DNA of 14,768 nt from the NCBI GenBank assembly GCA_041739675.1, contig JBGSNL010000038.1, positions 1 to 14,768 of the forward strand. Reading direction: 5' to 3'. The translations under genes were made by a program, and so were the position numbers. Source of the DNA: a bacterium (GTDB lineage: Bacteria > UBA10199 > 2-02-FULL-44-16 > DYJF01). The notes beneath the pieces are model-generated. The model made no database searches. It was given only the letters and a program-made list of their open reading frames with translations, and had not been told where the DNA came from. Shown here in pieces: positions 7,997 to 14,768 of this stretch (its first letter is position 1; every line of letters begins with the position of its first letter).

Positions 7997-8212
7997 ATGA
8001 TCTGGTACTGGATCGCAGGTTCGCTCACCGTATTGGCGCTTGCGCTTCTCATCTTCAATTACATACGCGAGCGAAAATACCTGAAGAAAAAAACCTCCGA
8101 GGCGATGAGCAGCGAGCTCCGCGAGGAGATCGAGCAGGAGAGAGAGGAAGCGCTGAAGCGGAAAAGGGAGTTTGACGAAGCTTTGAAAGATGCAAAGAAG
8201 GGAATTTCTTGA
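7997..8212 (+). CDS. Small single-pass membrane protein with charged helical tail (hypothetical, 71 aa)
   Basis: SD GGAGGAGG at 7984-7991 before ATG 7997, preferred over TTG 7976. N-terminal hydrophobic segment WYWIAGSLTVLALALLIF followed by an E/K/R-rich tail. Confidence 0.75.
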   Translation: MIWYWIAGSLTVLALALLIFNYIRERKYLKKKTSEAMSSELREEIEQEREEALKRKREFDEALKDAKKGIS

Positions 8213-8243
8213 CTAGCGCGTCATTGTTACGTATCAAAACTAT

Positions 8244-8585
8244 ATGGGCCGCATCAAAATCTGTAAAGAAGAGGGTTGCCACAACGCCGCTACGACCGCG
8301 GGTTTCTGCCGTCTTCATTACCTGAAAAACTGGAAGAGAATAAAAAGCACCGAGAGAAGAAAAGCGGCCAAGAACCTGAACTCCTACATCGAGAGCGTGG
8401 TAAAGAGACACCCAGACCGCTACATGGAGGTGATAAAGAAGGAAATACGCTCGCCGCATTTTGAAAAATATGTCGAAGAGACGTTCGGCTATGAAGACGA
8501 GGCGGAAGACATCTTCGACGAGCCTTCCTACGAAGAAGAGATCGAAAAACTCATCCGCGAACTAAAACTCGAAAAAGAGTTTTAG
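8244..8585 (+). CDS. Hypothetical protein with N-terminal C-x4-C-x9-C-x2-H putative zinc-binding motif
   Basis: 113 aa. CKEEGCHNAATTAGFCRLH, then a basic middle region and acidic C-terminus. Its stop overlaps the convergent OPT stop (8582-8585). Confidence 0.8.
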   Translation: MGRIKICKEEGCHNAATTAGFCRLHYLKNWKRIKSTERRKAAKNLNSYIESVVKRHPDRYMEVIKKEIRSPHFEKYVEETFGYEDEAEDIFDEPSYEEEIEKLIRELKLEKEF

Positions 8586-10621
8586 GCCTTTGCCTTCTTC
8601 AACGGCAACCCGATCAGAGCAATACCGACAACAGCAAACACTATGATGGACAGCCAACCGCCGAAGGTGGATAGCATCGCGAGCTCTTCCTGACCGGTGA
8701 TCCACTGAGTCAGCGAAGGAACTCCCAGGAGCACAAGTGCGGCAAGAAGCACGCCGGTGATCGCCTCGCCGGCAATGAAGCCTGAAGCGAGCAGGATACC
8801 CTTGTTCTCTCCAGCCTCGCGCTCCTTTGCATCCCAACTTCGGCGCTCGACTATTTTATCGAATACCCATTTGAAAACGCCGCCGACGAAAATCGCGAAC
8901 GTCGTTTCAAACGGCAGATACATTCCAACCGCGATAAGCATGGGAGATGGGGCCTTCACAAGTATCAAAGCAAGCGTGAAGCACATGCCCATTACAATCA
9001 AACCCCACGGCATCTGGCCGCCGACGATTCCGGAGGCAAGCGACGCCATGAGACCGGCCTGAGGCGCCGGAAGTTTTGCGTCGCCGATTCCTATTCCCCC
9101 CGCCATGATGTTGCCCTCGTGCAAAATCACGAGCGGGAAGACGAGAACAAACGCCATGACGACAACCGAGAGGATACCGGCAAGCTCCATCTTCCATGGA
9201 GTACCGCCTATCAGCTGTCCGACTTTGAGGTCCTGAATGATATCGCCCGACATCGACGCCGCAGCGCAGACAACCGCCGCGATTCCCAGCACCGCACCGA
9301 CGCCTGCAACTCCCTTGAGCCCCATGATCAGCATGAGAAGCGCCGAGATGATGAGCGCTGCCAACGTGATTCCGGAGAGGGGCTGGTTCGAATTTCCGAC
9401 GATGCCAACGAGCCATCCGCCCACCGCCGCGAACAGAAAGCCGATGATGCCCAGAATGATCGCGGAGGCGATCGCCCCGACGACGCTGTGACAGAAGTGA
9501 TAATAAATAAAACCCATCGGGATCAAAAGACCCGCCGCTACAAACATGATGGCCTTGGGATTTAAGTCCCGCTCAAGGCGACCGGCCTGACCCGCCGCAT
9601 GTTGATGTTTTGAAAAAATACCTTTTATCGATGCGCCCAGCGAATCACGCATCCCGTATAATGTGTAAAATGCGGCCAGAAGCATCGCGCCCACCGCAAA
9701 CGGGCGCACTTCATTGTACCAGCATGAATATGCGAGATCCTGCCATGACGGCGTGATTCCCGCGCCCGAGAGCTCCGCCATGAGATTAGGATTCAAAAAG
9801 AGTGCAAGCGGGATGAAGACCAGCCACGCGAGCACGCCGCCGGCAAAGTTGATAGATGAGTATTTCGGCCCGATGATGTAGCCCACGCTCATGAGCGCGG
9901 GAGAGGCCAGCGGCGTCACGAACGCCACACCGCCTTCATGTGTGATATCGCCAAGAGGCTTTTTCGACATATCGAAATGATGCACGACCGACTGCGGAAG
10001 TTTGAAGAAAAATTCTTTGCATTCCTGAAAAATTGTGAAGCCGCTCGAGTTTTTCAAAATCTCTATCAGAACTCCCAGACCCATTGCGCCGAATACAAGC
10101 TTGGCTCCCGATTGCCCTTTCTGTCCGGCCTTCACAATCTCGAAGCAGGCAAAGCCTTCGGGGAAGGGCAGCCCCGCATCGACGCAGAGAGTACGCCTCA
10201 GCAATATAATGAAGATAATTCCAAGCACGCCGCCGATGAGCATGATGAGAGAAGTGGCCCAGTAGTGAAAAGTCGTCCAGAGTCTCTCGCCGCCGATGTT
10301 GACGATGACGAACGCCGGTATAATGAAAATTGCGGCCGCCGCCATTGCCTCGCCCACCGCCGCGGTGGTACGCGTGATATTCTGCTCAAGGACGCTCCCC
10401 CTAAAAAAAGGGAGACGAAACGCCGCGATGGCAATGACCGCTGCGGGGAAGGAGGCGGAGATCGTCATGCCCGCCTTGAGACCCAGATAGGCATTGGCCG
10501 CGCCAAGCAGCACCGCGAGCAGCAGCCCCAAAAAGACCGCCTTGAATGTGAACTCGCGCATCGATGTTTCGGCCGGAACATACGGCTGCATCTGAAGTTT
10601 ATCTACCTCTGGTCTGTCCAT
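8582..10621 (-). CDS. OPT family oligopeptide transporter (prokaryotic / YSL-like branch), paralog 1
   Basis: 679 aa, multi-TM. ANAYLGLKAGMTISASFPAA, LEQNITRT, LPFPEG, SVGYIIG, NQPLSG, IQDLKVGQLIGGTPWKM, LPAPQAGLMA, AVGMYLP, ASGFIAGEA. SD-like AAAGGGGG upstream. Confidence 0.95.
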   Translation of the reverse strand: MDRPEVDKLQMQPYVPAETSMREFTFKAVFLGLLLAVLLGAANAYLGLKAGMTISASFPAAVIAIAAFRLPFFRGSVLEQNITRTTAAVGEAMAAAAIFIIPAFVIVNIGGERLWTTFHYWATSLIMLIGGVLGIIFIILLRRTLCVDAGLPFPEGFACFEIVKAGQKGQSGAKLVFGAMGLGVLIEILKNSSGFTIFQECKEFFFKLPQSVVHHFDMSKKPLGDITHEGGVAFVTPLASPALMSVGYIIGPKYSSINFAGGVLAWLVFIPLALFLNPNLMAELSGAGITPSWQDLAYSCWYNEVRPFAVGAMLLAAFYTLYGMRDSLGASIKGIFSKHQHAAGQAGRLERDLNPKAIMFVAAGLLIPMGFIYYHFCHSVVGAIASAIILGIIGFLFAAVGGWLVGIVGNSNQPLSGITLAALIISALLMLIMGLKGVAGVGAVLGIAAVVCAAASMSGDIIQDLKVGQLIGGTPWKMELAGILSVVVMAFVLVFPLVILHEGNIMAGGIGIGDAKLPAPQAGLMASLASGIVGGQMPWGLIVMGMCFTLALILVKAPSPMLIAVGMYLPFETTFAIFVGGVFKWVFDKIVERRSWDAKEREAGENKGILLASGFIAGEAITGVLLAALVLLGVPSLTQWITGQEELAMLSTFGGWLSIIVFAVVGIALIGLPLKKAKA

Positions 10622-10637
10622 GAAATCCCCCTTTGCC

Positions 10638-10721
10638 TGTCATTCTGAGCGAAGCGAAGAATCCCATGGTCTCCGCGGGATCCTTCGTCCGCCAAAAATC
10701 ATTGGCGGACTCAGGATGACA
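10638..10721. repeat. Branched palindromic element of the TGTCATTCTGAGCGAAGCGAAGAATC...GATCCTTCG...CTCAGGATGACA type
   Basis: Outer stem 10638-10649 / 10710-10721 (11/12). Inner stems CGAAGAATCCC/GGGATCCTTCG (10/11) and GTCCGCCAA/TTGGCGGAC (9/9). Confidence 0.88.
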
Positions 10722-10762
10722 TTTTCAGAGGTTTCTATAAATTGAAACCTCTGAAAATGTCA
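10717..10762. repeat. Perfect 19-bp inverted repeat overlapping the end of the branched element
   Basis: TGACATTTTCAGAGGTTTC (10717-10735), loop TATAAATT, GAAACCTCTGAAAATGTCA (10744-10762). Confidence 0.9.
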
Positions 10763-10771
10763 ATTATTCCC

Positions 10772-10800
10772 TTGCCTTTTAGAGGGGGCCTTTCTATACA
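10772..10800 (+). promoter_or_regulatory. Possible sigma70 promoter for SnoaL-OPT-PqqD
   Basis: TTGCCT (10772-10777), 17-nt spacer, TATACA (10795-10800). The -10 lacks the conserved final T. Confidence 0.35.
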
Positions 10801-10828
10801 AAAATATCTTTTTTGAAAGGGGGCCGAT

Positions 10829-11275
10829 ATGGCAGGCCAAGATTTGAAGGGCGTGAAGGAAGTGATCGACCGATACCTCGAGTCCTATGTGCGGCGCGAC
10901 ATAGAGACAATGGCTACAACTCTCGCGCAGGACAACGACACGCTGGGAATCGGAACGGACGAAGGGGAATACTGGAAGGGCTGGCCGACGATCAGAAACG
11001 TCGTCGAAAAGCAGTTCGGCGCAATCGTCGAGTGCCACTGGAAACGCACCGCCCCGACGGTAAATTTTTCCCGCGACGGAAACACATCATGGTACGCAGA
11101 AGATCTGACCGGCGATTTTCTTTCCGGCAGCAAGAAGACAACTTGCAACATCCGCCTCACGGCAGTCCTTGAAAAGCGTGCGAACAATTGGGTTATCGTC
11201 CAGTTCCACCGCTCGGTGCCTGTGAAGGGCTATGCGGTTCCGTATCTTGAAACGCACGGTGTGCGTTTTGACTGA
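10829..11275 (+). CDS. SnoaL-like / nuclear transport factor 2 family protein
   Basis: 148 aa. N-terminal helix (VKEVIDRYLESYVRRDIETM), IGTDEGEYWKGWPTIR, and C-terminal RLTAVLEKRANNWVIVQFHRS typical of the SnoaL_3 fold. SD-like GAAAGGGGG upstream. Confidence 0.85.
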   Translation: MAGQDLKGVKEVIDRYLESYVRRDIETMATTLAQDNDTLGIGTDEGEYWKGWPTIRNVVEKQFGAIVECHWKRTAPTVNFSRDGNTSWYAEDLTGDFLSGSKKTTCNIRLTAVLEKRANNWVIVQFHRSVPVKGYAVPYLETHGVRFD

Positions 11276-11302
11276 TTCTTTTAATGAAAGGGGGAAGACG
11301 AA

Positions 11303-13324
11303 ATGGAAAAGGTGAAGCACGTCCCATATGTCCCGGAAAAGACCGACCTTCGTGAGTTCACGCTCAGAGCGCTGATTTTAGGCATCATCATGTCGGTCGT
11401 TTTGGGCGCGGCCAATGCATACCTGGGCCTCAAGGCCGGCATGACCATCGCCGCAACCTATCCCGCGGCCGTCATCGGTATGGCGGTTCTGCGCCTCTTC
11501 AAGGGATCGATTCTTGAAGAGAACATCGCTCGTACCACCGGTTCGGTGGGCGAATCAATCGCGGCGGGAGCAATCTTCACTCTTCCGGCGTTTATTCTCT
11601 CCGGCACGTGGACGGAATTCGGCGGCTGGACGCACTATTTCATCGCAACTTCAGTGATGCTCGTCGGCGGTATTCTGGGCATCTTTTTCATCACACTTAT
11701 TCGCCGCGTAATGGTTGAGGACTCGGAGCTTCCGTATCCCGAATCTGTTGCAGCGGGTGAAATCCACAAGGCCGGCCGCGCGGGCGGAACGGGCGCAAAA
11801 TATCTGTTCGGCGCAATCATATTCGGCGCGCTCGTTCAGTTCCTCTCCGCAATCAAGCTTTTTGCCCCCACGTGGGAACGTTTTGTCGTGTTCGCAAAGA
11901 CCGGCGTGAATCTTCTCTCCGGAAAGGGCGAGCTCTACACTCGTGTGACCACGGGAGGCGGAGCGCTAATCACAACACCGGCAGTGAGCCCCGCATACAT
12001 CGGCGTCGGCTACATTATCGGGCCGAGACTTGCGGCGCTCAACTTCTCGGGCGGCCTTTTGGCTTGGGGCTTGTTTGTCCCGCTGCTTTTGTATTTTATG
12101 GGGCCATCACTTGAACCGCTCGTCGCCGCACAGGGCGAGCCGGTCTCATGGACGGCGCTTGCTTATGCAGTGTGGAAATTCGTCGTTCGCCCGATAGCGA
12201 TCGGCGGCATGTTGGTTTCCGCAGGCTTCACTCTCTACCGCATGCGCAAGAACCTCTTCAGCGGTCTGTCCCATTCGATCAAGGATCTCAAGAAGGCCGC
12301 AGTGGCGGGAGAAGAGAAGAGCCGTCTGGAAAAAGATATGAGCTTCAAGTTCGTGTTGGTCGGCATCATCGTCATGGCGATTATCATGGGGTTTCTCTAT
12401 AACTATATCTGCGGTAACTGGATGGCTGCCATCGTCGCCGCAGTCGTCATGTTCGTTGCAGGCTTCTTCTTCTCGGCTGTTTCGGGTTACCTCGTCGGCA
12501 TGATCGGGTCGTCGAACAACCCGGTCAGCGGACTCACAATCTCTACGCTGCTCATCGCCGCGGTTCTCATGGTCATATTAGGCGCCAAGGGAATCGAGGG
12601 CGTATCGGCGGTTTTGGGAGTTGCAGCGGTTGTCTGCGTGACGGCGGCTGTCGCCGGTGAAATGATCCAGGATCTCAAGGTCGGATATATCCTGGGCGGC
12701 ACACCGTGGAAGATGCAGACCTCCAACCTCATCAGCGTTCTGTTTGCAGCACTCGTCATGTTCTTCCCGCTCCTCATCCTCCATCAGGGCGATATCAACA
12801 TGGGAGGACAGGGGTTCGGCGGCAAGGCGCTTCCGGCACCGCAGGCCGGTCTCATGGCGATGCTTGCAAAGGGAATCGTCGGCGGCCAGATGGCATGGCC
12901 GCTCATCATTGTCGGCATGTTGATGGCAGTCGGAATGATCTGCATGCAGGTGAAGAGCTCGATGCTCGTATCGGTCGGCATGTATCTCCCCTTTGAAACA
13001 TCCTCCACGATCTTCGTGGGCGGCCTCATCAAGGGAATCGTCGATATGTTGAGCAAGGCGAAAAAACACAACGATGCGCAGAGGATCAGGGTGGAAAATA
13101 ACGGCGTGCTGATTGCCGCCGGACTCATAGCAGGCGAAGCACTTCTGGGTCTGGTTCTGGCGTCGCTGGCCTTCTTCAATATAATGTTGCCTTCCATATT
13201 TGAAGAGCCGACGTTCATCATCAGCCTTGTCGTTTTCGCATTGATAGCGTTTGTCCTTATAAGATACCCGTTGAAGAACGCAGGGAGAGCGGATGAGCCA
13301 GCACCACCAAGCGCAATGGTCTAA
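11303..13324 (+). CDS. OPT family oligopeptide transporter, paralog 2
   Basis: 673 aa. REFTLRA, ANAYLGLKAGMTIAATYPAA, LEENIART, LPYPES, GVGYIIG, SNNPVSG, IQDLKVGYILGGTPWKMQ, LPAPQAGLMA, VGMYLP, AAGLIAGEA. Confidence 0.95.
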   Translation: MEKVKHVPYVPEKTDLREFTLRALILGIIMSVVLGAANAYLGLKAGMTIAATYPAAVIGMAVLRLFKGSILEENIARTTGSVGESIAAGAIFTLPAFILSGTWTEFGGWTHYFIATSVMLVGGILGIFFITLIRRVMVEDSELPYPESVAAGEIHKAGRAGGTGAKYLFGAIIFGALVQFLSAIKLFAPTWERFVVFAKTGVNLLSGKGELYTRVTTGGGALITTPAVSPAYIGVGYIIGPRLAALNFSGGLLAWGLFVPLLLYFMGPSLEPLVAAQGEPVSWTALAYAVWKFVVRPIAIGGMLVSAGFTLYRMRKNLFSGLSHSIKDLKKAAVAGEEKSRLEKDMSFKFVLVGIIVMAIIMGFLYNYICGNWMAAIVAAVVMFVAGFFFSAVSGYLVGMIGSSNNPVSGLTISTLLIAAVLMVILGAKGIEGVSAVLGVAAVVCVTAAVAGEMIQDLKVGYILGGTPWKMQTSNLISVLFAALVMFFPLLILHQGDINMGGQGFGGKALPAPQAGLMAMLAKGIVGGQMAWPLIIVGMLMAVGMICMQVKSSMLVSVGMYLPFETSSTIFVGGLIKGIVDMLSKAKKHNDAQRIRVENNGVLIAAGLIAGEALLGLVLASLAFFNIMLPSIFEEPTFIISLVVFALIAFVLIRYPLKNAGRADEPAPPSAMV

Positions 13325-13655
13325 TATCGTAGTCGAACGAAAAGTGGGATGGGAGGACGGCCAGAATGACATGGCCGTCCTTCTTATCCCGAAATTTCGG
13401 AAATGGCCGCTGGCCAAGTGGTTGCAGCCACGCCTCAAAAAACCTCACATCCGAGTGAAGTTGGACGAAATCGGAAGCTTTGTCTGGAAACAGCTTGATG
13501 GCCGGAAGACCTTTGCCCTCATAGCACAGGCGATGCGCGAACATTTCGGCGAAAAGGCCGAACCCGCGGAAGATCGCCTCAAGAAATTCCTCTTAACGCT
13601 CAGGAACAACAAGTTCGTGGAGCTCTATCAGCCCGCTCCGGAAGCCTCCTCCTGA
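13293..13655 (+). CDS. PqqD family / RiPP recognition element (RRE)-like protein
   Basis: 120 aa. VKLDEIGSFVWKQLDGRKTFALIAQAMREHFG...RLKKFLLTLRNNKFV fits the PqqD pattern (LDxxGxxVWxxxDGxxT, FLxxLxxxxxI/V). The start overlaps the OPT 3' end by 32 nt, so its exact position is uncertain. Confidence 0.85.
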   Translation: MSQHHQAQWSNIVVERKVGWEDGQNDMAVLLIPKFRKWPLAKWLQPRLKKPHIRVKLDEIGSFVWKQLDGRKTFALIAQAMREHFGEKAEPAEDRLKKFLLTLRNNKFVELYQPAPEASS

Positions 13656-13658
13656 CCC

Positions 13659-13686
13659 TTGACGCTTAAACGGACGTTGTGATACT
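13659..13686 (+). promoter_or_regulatory. Possible sigma70 promoter for miaB
   Basis: TTGACG (13659-13664), 16-nt spacer ending in TGT, GATACT (13681-13686). ATG at 13696 has no clear SD. Confidence 0.4.
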
Positions 13687-13695
13687 CGTCCGCGG

Positions 13696-14768
13696 ATGTC
13701 TTCAGATCCGCAAAAAACCTGCTTTATCCGCACGTTCGGCTGCCAGATGAACGAGCACGATTCGGGAAAGATGCGCCTCCTTCTGGCACCTCTTGGCTAT
13801 ACGTTTGTGGATGATCCTTCGGGTGCCGATCTTGTCATCTTCAACACATGCACGATCCGCGAAAAAGCCTACCACAAAGCAATAAGCGAAATAGGGCGAT
13901 CCAGGTTTTTCAAGAGACGCAAAAAAAATCAGATTGTCTGTGTGTGCGGATGCGTGGCGCAGCAGGAGGGCAAGACACTCGCCGAACGTTTCGGCCACGT
14001 CGACATCGTCTTCGGTCCCGACCGGATAGCCCGGCTGCCGCAATTGCTTGAAGAACTCAAAGATCAAAGACCGCAGACGGCCCTGGATCTCGTCAACACG
14101 CTCCCTGATTACGATTTCATAGATAGTGTTCCCAATAAAGTCGAATCCGGACACGCTTTCGTCACCGTGACAAAAGGCTGCAATTGCTCTTGCACATATT
14201 GCATCGTACCTTCGGTGCGCGGCCGCGAAGTGTGTCGTACGGCGGCCGACGTCATAAACGAGGTCGGCAGTCTTGTCAGAGCCGGCGTTAAGGAAGTCAC
14301 GCTCCTGGGGCAAAACGTGACATCGTACAGGTCCGAGGGCGACACACTTGCGTCTCTTATCCGCCGCCTCTCCAATGAAACCGGCATCATGCGCATCCGT
14401 TTCACGAGCCCCAACCCCAAAGATGTCACAGACGAGCTGATAGATGAATACGCCCGCAATTTGAAACTCTGTCCGCATCTTCATCTGCCGGCGCAGTCAG
14501 GCAGCAACACGATGCTCAAGAGAATGCGCCGCGGCTACACGCGGGAAAGATATCTGGAAATTGTTAGATCCTTGAGGCGGGCACGAACGGGAATCTCCAT
14601 CACGTCGGACTTCATCGCGGGATTCTCCGGCGAAACTGAAAACGAATTTGAAGAGACCGTGAACCTCATCAAAGAAGTCGAGTTCGAATCGATCTTCGCC
14701 TTCAAGTATTCGGTCCGGCCGGGAACCCTTGCTGCAAAAGAGCTTGCCGACGATGTACCAAAGGAAGT
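13696..14768 (+). CDS. miaB: tRNA-2-methylthio-N6-dimethylallyladenosine synthase MiaB (3' truncated by window edge)
   Basis: Translated by hand: MSSDPQKTCFIRTFGCQMNEHDS, FNTCTIREKA, CGCVAQQEG, radical SAM KGCNCSCTYCIVPSVRGRE, EVTLLGQNV, HLPAQSGS, AGFSGETENEFEET, FAFKYSVRPGT. Missing from the ORF track because there is no stop in the window. Confidence 0.95.
   Translation, partial: MSSDPQKTCFIRTFGCQMNEHDSGKMRLLLAPLGYTFVDDPSGADLVIFNTCTIREKAYHKAISEIGRSRFFKRRKKNQIVCVCGCVAQQEGKTLAERFGHVDIVFGPDRIARLPQLLEELKDQRPQTALDLVNTLPDYDFIDSVPNKVESGHAFVTVTKGCNCSCTYCIVPSVRGREVCRTAADVINEVGSLVRAGVKEVTLLGQNVTSYRSEGDTLASLIRRLSNETGIMRIRFTSPNPKDVTDELIDEYARNLKLCPHLHLPAQSGSNTMLKRMRRGYTRERYLEIVRSLRRARTGISITSDFIAGFSGETENEFEETVNLIKEVEFESIFAFKYSVRPGTLAAKELADDVPKE

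Noticed and set aside
8582..8585. Overlapping stop codons of convergent genes with no terminator
   Set aside because: Common in compact bacterial genomes, with no further evidence of antisense regulation.
13702..14484. 260-aa minus-strand ORF, and similar long antisense ORFs at 1971-2693, 3601-4404, 7296-7952, 9938-10648 and 12578-13438
   Set aside because: These are antisense shadows of well-supported genes (miaB, mutS, amidase, glnD, OPTs) in GC-rich coding DNA.
13293..14768. PqqD plus radical SAM gene as a RiPP biosynthetic cluster
   Set aside because: The radical SAM gene is clearly MiaB (GCQMN N-terminal domain), a tRNA methylthiotransferase with its own putative promoter. No precursor peptide is seen.

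Overview
Bacterial chromosomal window, probably from a deltaproteobacteria-like lineage (inferred from the mutS-amidase-glnD order and a Cys/His-motif small protein). Gene order: four-helix-bundle gene, mutS, TPR-containing N-acetylmuramoyl-L-alanine amidase, glnD, a small membrane-anchored protein, a CCCH-motif protein, two divergent OPT-family transporters separated by a palindromic element and a SnoaL/NTF2-like gene, a PqqD/RRE-like gene, and miaB running off the window end (absent from the ORF track). The most unusual signal lies below gene level: several distinct short repeat or palindrome families. Three sit in frame inside housekeeping genes (a hairpin and a 5x heptamer array in mutS, a 13-bp inverted repeat in glnD). 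Others flank the four-helix-bundle gene or form large structured intergenic elements (3104-3499, 10638-10762). The second point of interest is the OPT + SnoaL + OPT + PqqD/RRE cluster, which has no RiPP precursor or maturase. All calls come from manual motif reading; no database searches were run.
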